Of a DNA stretch of 64,000 nt, positions 21,922-33,590 are shown piece after piece. This DNA comes from Oopsacas minuta (lineage: Eukaryota > Animalia > Porifera). The stretch spans positions 62,001 through 126,000 of the forward strand of contig JAKMXF010000320.1 in assembly GCA_024704765.1 (NCBI GenBank), written 5' to 3'. The position numbers and the translations under genes are program-made. A model generated the notes under the pieces. The model did no database searches, had not been told where the DNA came from, and saw only the letters and a list, made by a program, of their open reading frames with translations. Positions within the stretch are counted from its first letter, which is position 1, and each line of letters begins with the position of its first letter.

Positions 21922-22643
21922 GCACCTGACATTTGAAATATTTCTAATGTGTACATTTTCACACCTTTTGACACCTCTGTTATTTAGCCCAACCAGAATG
22001 TAGGGTTTTACATTAGGCATAAATGCATAAAATTAGTTCTGGTGAAGCGTATGTATTAAATTAGCACTGTAATTATATTGATTGTAGACTGTGATTCTAT
22101 TGGTCAATACATTCTATTAAATATATTTGGACGGTAACATATGTACACATTTATCATATGATTAATCATATTTTCACACCATTTGGTGAACTTTTCAAAT
22201 TATCCTAGAGATTAGCTTCCATTTGTTCAATAGGCGTAAACAGGGATGTATAATTCGATTTTGACATTTTTAATTTCTATCAAGATTTGTAAAATTCAAA
22301 ATTATCTTTCTTTGATAAAATGGATATTTTGTAGAATAATATACCGTATATGTAGTTTCAATAATCCACTAGAATTAATTTGGGAAAATTTAAGTCGGCA
22401 CAGATGGTGGTTTGGTTTTAACAACTAATGATTTTGTTTATTGGGTAGAACACATCACATGACCCAGAGGCCCGAGCTTCACTACCATGTGTCGGCTGGA
22501 CATCTTTTTTGATGACCCAGGGGCCTAGACTCAACTAAACCTTGAGTATATTTAGCCAATTAATTCTAATTCGAATAGCTCAAAGAGTCTCGGCTACTAA
22601 GAAGCACATCAATGGTCATCATTTTATAGCTGATTTGGATGGA

Positions 22644-25600
22644 ATGGCTTCTGGATTTCAGTATACTTGTTCTCAGTTCATCTCCGCTCTCCAGTTTCCA
22701 TCTCTGAATTTGCAAGTTCAGGAAGTAGCTCACCATTTGAAAGAAACTAACTCTAACCTTGACTCTACTTCCTCCTCCTCCTCCTCCTCCTCACAAACCC
22801 TCAAATTGTTCTTGTCTGGCCTTGAGTGTGAAGAAGTAGGTGCTGTTGAATCTAGCTGTTGGGGGTTGAGACGGCTATGCGAGACTAACAACGTTACAGC
22901 TTCAGAACTGGTTGCACTCCTGCTCAGCAGGCTCACCTCATGTTTATATCCTCTGCCTGTAATATCCCTTATGGGAGATTTGTTATTGAAATCAGACATA
23001 TCTAATAATTACAATATACACACCAACCAACATCCACTAGCAGTAGCTTTCTCTTCCTGCTCTGATGCTGTACTATCTACTTTATTCTCTCTCTTCAGTC
23101 ATTCAGCTTCAAAAGCTCTGTATGTGCTATGGCCCTGTCTTGCTCAGATACTTAATGATCCTCAGCTTGCTGATCACAAATTCAACATAGTTTCTGCTAT
23201 GTTAGAGATAAATTCAATTCACGGAATTCCTGAGAATGTATCTTCCTCAATCACTCGTCTGCTGTTGCTATCTGTTATTTATGAATCTGAATTTTCTATC
23301 AAGATACAGCTTATTCACTCTCTGCTTGACTTCTCTCTTTCTCAACCTATCTTCATTCCTCTCTCTGAGATTAGTACTCTCTGCTACAACACACTGCTAA
23401 CCTCTACTTCCTGTTTTCTTATCTCCCCACTCCTCCACAAGCTGAAGAGATTGCTGCTGCTATACTCACATCTCCTAACCGATTACTATACGATAGTTTG
23501 GCTTAGTCTCTCTCTCTTACGTACAAATTTAACTCAGTTCTCTTCCCTGCTAGCAGACATCACTGAACTTGTATTAGATAAATGTAACAATGATTCTGTA
23601 TCTGATATAACGCGGGATTCTCTCTCTCTGCTGATATTCTCTATTCTAGGAGCTCAGCTGAATCTTGAGCGGCTGAGACCTGACACTAGTTCACGCTACT
23701 CACTACTTCTACACACTCTACTGAATACAGGAAAGAGAGTTAAGAGATATGTCAGATACCCTGACGATTCATTCAAGATTCCTGTACCAGTATTTTCAGA
23801 ATCAACTATTTATCACGGAGAACTCAACGTATTCGCCTCTCTCTCATCTCACTTGCTAGTATGTTCTAAATCTGTAATACTTAAATGGTGTGAATACACC
23901 TTACAAGCTCTATCCCAGTCAGAATATACGAACTCTCCTCTATCTATTTGCTGCATAGTTTCCTCTCTCTTGGTTGAATTCACTTCTTATCCTCCTGATC
24001 AGTTGACAGAGCACCAACTCATTATTCGTATCCTAATACAAATAGTTTCTCAGTTGGTACGAACTGCTACAAACTTTGCTCCACCCCTCATCGCCTTATT
24101 GTTATTAACCATGGATAGAAGCTCTCATCCAGAAGATGTAGCACAAACACTCCACACTATATCAACTCTCTCCACACATCCTGCCTGTGTTATAATTGTA
24201 CTCCGCTCCCTGCTCTCTCTAACAGACACATCTTCTCTTCTACCAGCTGTCCTGAGAGCTCTCATCTCTCTTTGGAAACTACACGACCCTATATATCCCC
24301 ACATCCAACAACTCATACAAATACAACACCTCTCTACACCTGAATGGAAGCTTGCTACGTCTTTCTCTGTGCTGGACATTTGCTCTACTCGTCCTGCTGT
24401 ACATGGAGAAGAGATGATACCACAAGTACAGAGTCTGATAAGGTCTAGAGAATGTAGCTTATTCGTTAGCATAGGACTATCTGCTCTAACTAGTCTGGTA
24501 TCAGCTGATACGATAGATTATACAGACTCACTAGACCTACTAGCTGTAGCAGTAGGTACTCAGTCTCCTACTCTATGGGAGTCTAGTGTAGCAGAGAGAG
24601 CTACCCAACTGCTCCGTCTCTCCCACAAGCTACTAGATGTGTCAGTAGCTAGAGATCAGGAGCTGTTGTCACGCTGTGTACAACAGCTGATAATACTATT
24701 GACACACACTAACCAACAGGTTAGAGCTACAGCAGTATCAGCTCTATCTGATTTTACTCCTAGGGACCTGATTATGATAGAACCGTTCGCTCTTAATCTC
24801 CGTAGAGAGCTTTCTATACCTGAATGTCTGGACCTACCGTCTGACCGCAGGGCTAGGTGTCAGTGTGGCTCTCTCTTCAGCTTTATACTACATATTGAAT
24901 ACTCATGTACTGAAGAGTGTACCTCTCTGAGAGAGCTGTTGTCTTGCTGGATGAGAGAAGAACTGAACTCTATTTCTACTGTATACCCGAGAGAGCACAA
25001 ACAGGAGGTAGAGAGAGGAGAGGCTGTTATAAGAAGTACCAGTAAAGTTTTGACAGAATGTCTCCCTAAGCTTAAACATATGACAGACATACCTGACAGC
25101 TTAAATGTGTCTCCTTACCAAGCTGCTGCTCTTCTGTTCACGGGTATAGAGCTATGGGTATATAGTGAGTCTCCACATAAACTAATGCAGCAATATCTCC
25201 ATCTATTATCTCGCTGTCTCAGCTACTCAATTGATACTTCTACATCATGCATCTCACAAATTAATGAATTCCTTGTGTTTATTAACGGTATTCAGTTATT
25301 CATGCGAGATGCTCTCTCTGTGTACCGTCCCCCCTCCTCCCCTTTAGAGTCTCTGTTCGGCCTACTGGATAAGATTAAGAGTGAAGATAATCCTCAGGGT
25401 AGTATGTGGCTTATGGTTGGTCTAGCTCTTAACGTGAGTGAGCTGTACTCAACTGGGATACAGACAGCAATACAATCTCTTGTTGATTCGTTATTGCTCG
25501 CTTCTTCTCACCTTCTCACCTCTACAGACTCCCACGAAACATTTGATGAACATGAAACTATATATTCATCGCGAAATTTAACACCCTTAAGTGGAGTATC

Positions 25601-27749
25601 CTTTCTAACCCTAGGAGTTCTAGGCGGAACTATATGTGCTCACTTGAATCAGAAGTTTAGCACAAATTATATTAGTTCAATAATCAAGATATGGCAAGCC
25701 TCGCGACACTCTCCTCAACTTGATGTTATGTATGCTCTAACTATATATTCCGTTATAAATGCGAATACTTCCTATCTCCTTCAGGAAGGACCTGCAGCTA
25801 GGAAGCTAACAGAGATTAGCAAGAGATGTATCCAACAGATACAAGACGGTATGTACCCCAGCCAGTATGCCTATCTCCTGCTGACTGATGACGTAACTCT
25901 TATCAGGAACAAACAACAGGAATCAATGAAAGCACTGACTTGTGAACAACAGCTGGAGAGTTCAGCTCTCACCTGCTCTGTCCTTACATGCAGACTATAC
26001 TCAATGTGTGAAATATCTTTACAGGACTGTGATGAAGTTATCTCTACCTTCCTCAAACTCTCAAGAGATCATCCTTACTCTTTCCCTCACACAGCAGTTG
26101 GAATGCTACTCTATCACACAGCTTGTTACGGACATGTAGCTTCACAACTACTCATAAGTAAAACTCTATCTCAGTTACGCTCTATCCTACAGCAATCTCG
26201 CAATGATGATGTCAGTTCCTTGTTGCTTGGAATTCTTGCTATTTTTGGTGCTTTTCAACCCATAATTGGTCCCACACCTCCTCCCACACCAGCTCACTAC
26301 TCTGTGCTGCAACAGGGCGTCAAGAGTTTTCTAGATTATGCCTCCCCTCGTGTAGATAAGCAGAACAAGTTCTCTCATATGTTAACACTACTCGGCTTCA
26401 TTCACTCTCAGTACTCACACTATTCTGATACTATTCGAACTCCTAGTTCTTCCGAATTTCTCTCTGACAACATTCTGCTCTCCCCTCTCTTCAAATTTTT
26501 GGAGGAGGCTCAACAGTCTGGTGCAATCTCACAGAACTCACAACAAGATAAGTTTGTAACTATTTTTGAAGTTATGTCTGAAACTAGCAAACCTTTACCT
26601 AATTATCCATGGTCTAATCTCGTTACATCTTTCCAGCGTAACTCAGAAAATGATTCTATTCACGCTTCACTCCTTAAATTATTATTCAAACTACAATCCC
26701 AGGCATCTGAGCAAGAGCTTGAGAGGATAACATTCCTTATTCACCATTGGTTGCTAGATCCTGCTCTTGATAGAAACAAAATTACAAATTTGTGTAGGCA
26801 AATATTGGCAGAGAATATTAATAATATTTTCAATTTATGTAAGGAAGAATATCTTTTCAATAATCTGCTTACTTTTCTGTGTGGAGATAAGGACTTAACA
26901 GTCCATGTACTGATAGGGCTGGTTAAATTAAAGGTAGAAAAGGAGACGACAGTTGTGCAAAAACACAAACAGACATTAGTATTCTCAGCTCTTAAAATCC
27001 TATTAAAAGACCCGATTACTGATCAGCTTTGTTGTGATAGAGCGATACCCTTACTTGCCAAATGTATGTCACATTTGTCACCAGGAGACCTGGATAAGTT
27101 GATCCCTAAAGAAGGAGAATTATTTATTTTAATCAGATCTCACCTCTTCAACAATACACTAGATTATCATTGGCTCAAACCTTGTATTATATATCTTATA
27201 CGTCTACCATCTCTTGTTTCTAAAGTAGAATCAAATCATTTTAATCTTATTTTATCCCAAATATCTCTGATACGGGCTTTGCCTAATAAATGCGTATCTG
27301 AAGTGTGTTTGGAATTGTTTAACCTTATCAGGCCAGAGCTTCAGATGAATTCTACTAGTTCTATTGAAGATATATCCAAACTTATGTTCAATTCTATGAT
27401 CATCCTATCCTTAGTAAGTCCTGAGATATCACGTATGTCTGCTGCGCTTCTCACCACTCAATTACACCCTGATACATTCTTGCTCTCAGAAATGACACAT
27501 TTCCTTTTAAGGATATGCTCATCCAGCTATAAGCAGAAAATATATGTTCCCATATTGAAGAAACTTTATGAATGTTTGTTGCTATTCTTTCAACTGCTCG
27601 ATACCAAAAATAGCCTAACATCAAACACATCTATACTCCTGTTTAGCTTACTAGCTCACCTCCGTCAGATAGACGATATAGTTAGTGGTAGGCCATGGGC
27701 TGCTATGGGTCAGGCTATCTTTACACATAGTAAACTTTTCTTAAAATAA
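22644..27749 (+). CDS. FOCAD: Focadhesin (FOCAD/RST1 family ARM-repeat protein), 1701 aa, single exon
   Basis: 5.1-kb open frame, first ATG at 22644. Segments YNIHTNQHPLAVAF, LRALISLWKLHDPIYPHIQQ and VLDICSTRPAVHGEEMI match recalled focadhesin segments (YTIRNHPHPLITV, LRLLTSLWEKQDRVYPELQ, IRDICKQRPYQHGADML). Confidence 0.85.
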   Translation: MASGFQYTCSQFISALQFPSLNLQVQEVAHHLKETNSNLDSTSSSSSSSSQTLKLFLSGLECEEVGAVESSCWGLRRLCETNNVTASELVALLLSRLTSCLYPLPVISLMGDLLLKSDISNNYNIHTNQHPLAVAFSSCSDAVLSTLFSLFSHSASKALYVLWPCLAQILNDPQLADHKFNIVSAMLEINSIHGIPENVSSSITRLLLLSVIYESEFSIKIQLIHSLLDFSLSQPIFIPLSEISTLCYNTLLTSTSCFLISPLLHKLKRLLLLYSHLLTDYYTIVWLSLSLLRTNLTQFSSLLADITELVLDKCNNDSVSDITRDSLSLLIFSILGAQLNLERLRPDTSSRYSLLLHTLLNTGKRVKRYVRYPDDSFKIPVPVFSESTIYHGELNVFASLSSHLLVCSKSVILKWCEYTLQALSQSEYTNSPLSICCIVSSLLVEFTSYPPDQLTEHQLIIRILIQIVSQLVRTATNFAPPLIALLLLTMDRSSHPEDVAQTLHTISTLSTHPACVIIVLRSLLSLTDTSSLLPAVLRALISLWKLHDPIYPHIQQLIQIQHLSTPEWKLATSFSVLDICSTRPAVHGEEMIPQVQSLIRSRECSLFVSIGLSALTSLVSADTIDYTDSLDLLAVAVGTQSPTLWESSVAERATQLLRLSHKLLDVSVARDQELLSRCVQQLIILLTHTNQQVRATAVSALSDFTPRDLIMIEPFALNLRRELSIPECLDLPSDRRARCQCGSLFSFILHIEYSCTEECTSLRELLSCWMREELNSISTVYPREHKQEVERGEAVIRSTSKVLTECLPKLKHMTDIPDSLNVSPYQAAALLFTGIELWVYSESPHKLMQQYLHLLSRCLSYSIDTSTSCISQINEFLVFINGIQLFMRDALSVYRPPSSPLESLFGLLDKIKSEDNPQGSMWLMVGLALNVSELYSTGIQTAIQSLVDSLLLASSHLLTSTDSHETFDEHETIYSSRNLTPLSGVSFLTLGVLGGTICAHLNQKFSTNYISSIIKIWQASRHSPQLDVMYALTIYSVINANTSYLLQEGPAARKLTEISKRCIQQIQDGMYPSQYAYLLLTDDVTLIRNKQQESMKALTCEQQLESSALTCSVLTCRLYSMCEISLQDCDEVISTFLKLSRDHPYSFPHTAVGMLLYHTACYGHVASQLLISKTLSQLRSILQQSRNDDVSSLLLGILAIFGAFQPIIGPTPPPTPAHYSVLQQGVKSFLDYASPRVDKQNKFSHMLTLLGFIHSQYSHYSDTIRTPSSSEFLSDNILLSPLFKFLEEAQQSGAISQNSQQDKFVTIFEVMSETSKPLPNYPWSNLVTSFQRNSENDSIHASLLKLLFKLQSQASEQELERITFLIHHWLLDPALDRNKITNLCRQILAENINNIFNLCKEEYLFNNLLTFLCGDKDLTVHVLIGLVKLKVEKETTVVQKHKQTLVFSALKILLKDPITDQLCCDRAIPLLAKCMSHLSPGDLDKLIPKEGELFILIRSHLFNNTLDYHWLKPCIIYLIRLPSLVSKVESNHFNLILSQISLIRALPNKCVSEVCLELFNLIRPELQMNSTSSIEDISKLMFNSMIILSLVSPEISRMSAALLTTQLHPDTFLLSEMTHFLLRICSSSYKQKIYVPILKKLYECLLLFFQLLDTKNSLTSNTSILLFSLLAHLRQIDDIVSGRPWAAMGQAIFTHSKLFLK

Positions 27750-28509
27750 TTGGATGGTAACAACGTGATGCAGAATTACCCTTCATTTATCTTATCGACA
27801 AAATTTGGTATTTTAACCTAGCGATCAGATTATATTTCTATGAGATCTTACATCATAGTTATTTCACGAGTTCTAGATGAGTTCTAACAAAATCATTGAA
27901 CCTACTCGCTTTTGTCGACTTGTCGTTCTTGTAATGCAATGCTGTGATGTGAAGGCTAAAGTAGAGCAACTGAGCTCTATGATTATGATGCGATTTATTC
28001 ACACAACAACAACTGACTCAATTAGTATTTTTATGATATAATATTTTGTAACAGGCTTTTAGCACGGTCCCTTCGTGACAGATTAATTCGAATTTTTGAC
28101 TACTTAATTCTCATTCTTGTACAAATTATTTTACCTTAGATCTTAGTAGTACTACAGGTGTAACACCTGCAATCTATAAATTTATAATATTCGGTAACTG
28201 AATCAAACAGATCTAGATTTCATATTATAGAATGGTTGTAGTATACTCCCGTTGATATGAGTACAGCTAATAGGGTACCCCGGATGAGAAACACAAATTA
28301 TAGTTCCCTTCAATGCTTTTTCAAATCACTTTGGTTAACACGAATTCCTTAAATAGAATACAATTTCTACGTTCTCTTGATGGTCATCTTAACTGGAGTC
28401 TAATGTCTACTTTACATACATATTCTGTTTATACTAGTTTTTCTTACGTCATATATCATTATATTAATGACATCTCAATTCTAGCAAACAGTTGAGACTA
28501 TTCCCTCAA

Positions 28510-28965
28510 ATGTTTATGAAAATAGCTTTGTTTTCTACACTGGGTATTGTCACCTCTTCTTTCATTGCTTACTGCTTCTACTTTGATTACCACAGAGTCC
28601 GAGCAAAGGACTACAAGAAGAAGCTCAGGGCAAAGAGGCTGAAGCAAGAAGCGGAGAGACAGACAACTCAACAACAAGTGGTATTAGACCTGTCCAGTCC
28701 AGCCGCGAGAGAGGCTCTTCTAAAAGCTGAGTATGAGAAGGGCATGTCTCTTCTAATGGAAGAAAACAACCACGAGGCTGTGACTCACTTCATGAATGTA
28801 GTACAATTGTCTCCAGACCCGCTCAAGATGATAAATATCTTCAGACAGATGTTACCACAGGAACTCTTCATCGACATGATGCAGCAGTTCCAGCAGTTGA
28901 GTGCACAGATGTCAGCTTCCGCCAATACACCCAGTAATGGCGGTGAGACAATCGCATTAGACTGA
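28510..28965 (+). CDS. TOMM20: Mitochondrial import receptor Tom20 (151 aa, single exon)
   Basis: N-terminal TM anchor followed by FIAYCFYFDYHRVRAKDYKKKLRAKR (MAS20 signature) and a TPR-like receptor helix; first ATG at 28510. Confidence 0.9.
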   Translation: MFMKIALFSTLGIVTSSFIAYCFYFDYHRVRAKDYKKKLRAKRLKQEAERQTTQQQVVLDLSSPAAREALLKAEYEKGMSLLMEENNHEAVTHFMNVVQLSPDPLKMINIFRQMLPQELFIDMMQQFQQLSAQMSASANTPSNGGETIALD

Positions 28966-30624
28966 ATTATTTAGAATTTATTAAATCGACCGATGACATT
29001 ATCCCCACCTTATTAGGAAATGCATATATACATGATGTTATTCGTAGATAATGTTCACCATATTTGATCTAATGACTGTTTATGTATGTTTCATCACACA
29101 GCATATTGCTGACACTATTTTTATTCATAAATACACGTAGCATACTTTTATCCTATTTTATTTTATTTTATTTTTCAATAAGATGAGTAGAGCGTGTCAA
29201 CAGGGTAATATCGGTAATGCTCTTGTTGCATTTCCCTCTTAGCTAGGTTATTCAATACGCACATGATACATAATATGTACTATAATACGTACGTATGTAT
29301 AGCCATGACCTGAGTTATACGTTATACACAAGGCATGTTCACTAATTGTTTACTTATCGTTGCAATGGATACATGAAGGGGCATACAAAAAATCTAAATC
29401 ATGTCTAGTAAGTGTTTCATAAACTATGCCTGGAAACACTTTAGAATCTATTACGTTAATTCTCTTCTTTTGAATTGTCAGATCGGAATAGCAATTGTCA
29501 ATATTTATATTACGATTTCAAGATACGAATCTATTGAATTCATTTTCGGTTAGATTGGAAGGGTCAGCAGACTACAGGGGCGTAACTAGCATTGAGGCAG
29601 ACGAGGAAGTTGCCTCATCACTGAGACAATTATCTACAAGACTAATATATATCTGATGAATGTTAGGGCGGCCGATCTTTGATTTCAGACGAAGAGACTG
29701 GTATATTGTTATAGAAAACGGTGCCAAAATATACATATACATCAAATTCTTTTTCACTATTACACAATTGATATGATTCAAATACCTGGCCAATCGGTTA
29801 ACTCTTTTTATGAGTGCTCTAGCTCTACTACTAGAATGTTTCCCTATCAACAGTCATGTCATTTGAAAAAAATTAAAGAAAGAAAGACTAACTGTGCATC
29901 ACTAAATAAACATTCATTATGTCATATATATGATTAATTATATTCTGCAACGTATAGCTACTGTGTACAATTTGTATGACATCTAGCATATGCACATATT
30001 ACACTAATTACAATTGTCTACACCCGTGTTTCCCAATCACACTTTTACTTCATGACTTCCTGACAATTCACGAATATTTTCTAAGCTCCCATAAAATCTA
30101 CATATAGCGGAATTATTGGATAGATTAAAACCTTATTCGACAGTGGAATATTTATTTTAATGATATAGAAATATCGCCCTCTAATGAAGCGAGTTTAAAA
30201 GGATATTGAATTTTGGAATTCAGGTTATTTAATTATTCCTATATAATTATTACGGTAACGGACACTGTCGCCGTCACTTGGTGGCTGGGCATTTAGTCCG
30301 GACATTTCAATGTATGTAGTATTATAGTAAGGGAATGGCAACGGCTCCAAAACTTTTTTTCTTAAAGTGCCGGTATTTAGATGTGGTTTATGGTATATTG
30401 AGTCAGGCATCGAGTTGTTGGAATGGCTATTTCCATTAGAGTAGTGACTATAACCTCTTTAGATGGAATGGAAAATTGTTTATCCCGTAGCCAGCACTTT
30501 AATTGGAAAATCTTGGGGCTGTAACGGCACCCAAACATTTAGACCCTTAACGGAGATTTGATGTTGACTGTAAAAGCTACGAAATGTCCCGCAACCATGT
30601 GTCCGCCATTCAATTAATATAATA

Positions 30625-30775
30625 CCGTGGAACCTGCATAACCCGACACCTGTATTAGAAGACCTCTATAATCCCTAATCGGATCTGAAATAGCTTCCGA
30701 CAATAAAATTTCACCTGTAATAATCCGACAAAATTTTCATATCCTAACGGGTGTCTGTTTATGCAGGTACCACTG
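30625..30775. mobile_element. Short pogo/Tc1-type MITE (same family as 10475-10630)
   Basis: TA-CCGTGGAACCTGCATAACCCGACACC ... GGTGTCTGTTTATGCAGGTACCACTG-TA. Confidence 0.75.
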
Positions 30776-31510
30776 TATTTGATAATCCGTTTTTGAGAAA
30801 AGTACGTACTAACTGGAGTAATCAAGTTTTCATTGACTATGGAATTCCATTAAATCAGCCGTGATGTTATTAATGGAATGTTCTGAAATAAGTCTGCCAT
30901 CTACATTGTCTCTTAGATGTACGAGATCTCACAAACAATCATATCATTCATATGAATGTGAGGTAGATTGCTTTGGCAATCTATCTCAATGAAGAAAATT
31001 TCTCGTGTACCTCTCGTGTGGATATTGTTCGAAAACATTTGTGTGGTATAATTTGATGGTATGTCATGAGCACACTCACCACAGTGGAAGTCCACCAGGA
31101 ATCCTGTAGCAAGGAGTCTAGGCCCTAGGGCAGGGGTTTTCAGGGGTATGCAAGCATGAATTAGAAATAAAATATTTGTTATGTGATTAGTGAATATGTA
31201 TATTTCAAGTTCATCAACCTGAAATGTAAAATATATAATTAGGTTTGAAATTGGGTCCAATTTGTTTGATGTTTCTAATCCACTCAATATAAAGTATACA
31301 GTTGAACCAGAGGTTTTGAATGCATTTCTGACTCGGCACTTTGTATTGTAGAGAATCTCCCAGGTGACACATTTTTGACCCCAATATATTGATTCTATAA
31401 AAATTAAAGTTTCAAGATCATCACTTTGTTTACTACATGTTTGCTGAACTGACACTTTTCGATGCCTGCTCGGCGCCCATATATAAATAAATCGATTCAT
31501 CCCCATTAGC

Positions 31511-31945
31511 CAACGTTTGTAGCATAGGGTTATATCACGTTTTTATATATTTCTACTATTCCTTGCAAATTGTGTAAGATTGCATATTCTCCTCTATGCA
31601 ATAGCCTTTTGTCTACTAAACTACCATCAGTAATACATCGGCTAAATTGTACAATAAACAATTTAATTTTGATCGCCAACATTTTGGGTATAATAGTTGG
31701 GATCTATGATAAATCCCGAGTTGAACCTTGTTCATACCATACCAAAGGACCAAGGCCGTGGCAAGCAGATTTCAGTAAATATATGGTGCCACAAAATTAA
31801 ATTGTTTATTGTACAATATAGAGATGTATTGATGAAGTTTAGTAGAATAAGGCTACTGCATAGAGGAGAATATGCAATCTTACACAATTTGGAAGAAATA
31901 GTAGAATATGTAAAAACGTGATATAACCTTTTGCTGCAGGCGCCG
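31511..31945. mobile_element. Foldback element with about 160-bp inverted arms
   Basis: 31511-31671 is the reverse complement of 31792-31945 (e.g. GGTTATATCACGTTTTT / AAAAACGTGATATAACC); 120-bp spacer; no TSD found. Confidence 0.8.
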
Positions 31946-32673
31946 TGTTCGTAGTATTTGATATAAATCTTTATTCTATTCGTATTTCCCTGAATAAGCG
32001 TCGGGGCGCTTATTCTTTTCATGTGCGTTTTCGTATAATTTTGTTTACAATACTTTGAGAATATAAACGATTTGAGAAACTAATTATGGTATCCTTATTT
32101 GTTACAGAGTCAAATGAATCATAAATTTCGTCAATAATTATTCTAGACTAAGAGGGTGGTGATGAAATTTTATTCACTATTATTATAACTTTTTCTTACC
32201 CCCTTGAAAATACGGTATCTCGAAATTTGTATTGCCATCGTTCTCCTTCTAAAGTTGTAATATGTATAAATAGCTTAATGTAATATATGGCGATTTTCTA
32301 AGGGGGTAGGCGGTTAGTGAATTTTTGCCAAAGTGGTAAATGGCCATACTTGCCAAAATACCTTAATTAACCCGGTTTTTAGTTGTCCTGTTTAATAAAT
32401 TTATGCTACGTCCTGCATTTTCCTTCACTCAGGTTGGCAAGTATACCCCTGCCCTAGGGTATCAACACCAACAGGCTTCAGGTTTTAGAAAAACAATTAC
32501 GTTCTACTAAGTGTCTTATCTCTTTAATACAAGCTCTATGGGTTATTCCAGCAATCTCAACCATGATGAATTTGTAGTTCTGTAGTCCCGATGGGAAAGG
32601 GCATCACTAGTGTTTTAGGGTCAGTGGTCCCGAAAAACTCTTGTTGTTGGCTGTAAGGTTGTAAAAGTACATG

Positions 32674-32866
32674 CAAGGCCGTAGCCACCGGTCCGGTTGG
32701 TCGACCACCACCACTTTTGCCTGCTTTTTTTCCAATATGTCACCAATCGGTCAGGTTGTACAGTTCAACCTGGCCGCTTGGTCAGGATATACGGTTTAAC
32801 CTGGCCACTTAGTCTTGTTTTGCTGTATCCAACAGGACCACTTTTATTTTCATGGCTTCGTTCCTG
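32674..32866. mobile_element. 193-bp TIR element with 5-bp TSD; deletion derivative of the 59727-60287 family, in opposite orientation
   Basis: Left end CAAGGCCGTAGCCA; right 60 bp match the reverse complement of 59727-59790; flanked by ACATG at 32669-32673 and 32867-32871. Confidence 0.75.
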
Positions 32867-33590
32867 ACATGTGTGCGGTATATACGTATTTCCTTTTTTG
32901 AGACTCCTGCGTATTATACAAGAATATAACTATATTGCCAAAGAAGTGCCTGACATGCTGAACAATAAATACATAGAAACTTCTTACAAGAAATCATTTC
33001 ATCAGATGACAATAAACAAACGTTAGACGGTTTCTAACAGTACTTTATGTAGCTAAAGTCATATGAATAATATATTTCAATTTTAGTTAATGTGTTTAGG
33101 AATAAGAAATGAATTCTGTTAACCTGCTGAGCTTATCTCTTTCAAAATTATACTTTAGAATAGCTCATTTACACAATTGATATGATTCTATGTACTCACT
33201 CATATCTATAGTAGTCTGAGCATGCAATGCCCCATTCTCATATTTACTAATTTATCAAATCATTTTACAACTTTTAATTACTTTCTACGAGTATCAAATG
33301 TACGAATTTGATTATTTGCATTTTCTATGTCCATTAGCTATTTGTACACCTTCCTTATCCTATTTATTGAATAGATTATAGGTAGGCTCAATAGAAATCT
33401 AGCTACAACTCCATCCAATCTACTTCTTTATTTAACTCTCAGCTAGGTATAAATATTAGATATTTCATAAGCCTGGTTATATGTCCAGCCACTGAATCTA
33501 CCCTGTCATTAACGAATTCAAAGTTTACATAACATACTTATCACAGATTCACTTATTATAAAATACTAACAAACTTTAAAATTCACTGAA

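Noticed and set aside
22455-22530. Direct repeat ATGACCCAG(A/G)GGCC upstream of FOCAD as a promoter element
   Set aside because: Only two short copies and no independent support for function.
22542-22643. TTG-started N-terminal extension of FOCAD in the ORF track (likewise non-ATG starts at 57, 9353, 28492 and 58549)
   Set aside because: Artefact of prokaryote-style start calling; downstream ATGs, or for MAPK7 an upstream start outside the window, fit the homologues.
22770-22790. (TCC)7 poly-Ser tract in focadhesin
   Set aside because: Ordinary coding microsatellite in a probable loop.
29575-29630. CAGGGGCGTAACTAG hAT-like left end
   Set aside because: No partner end found; solitary fragment.
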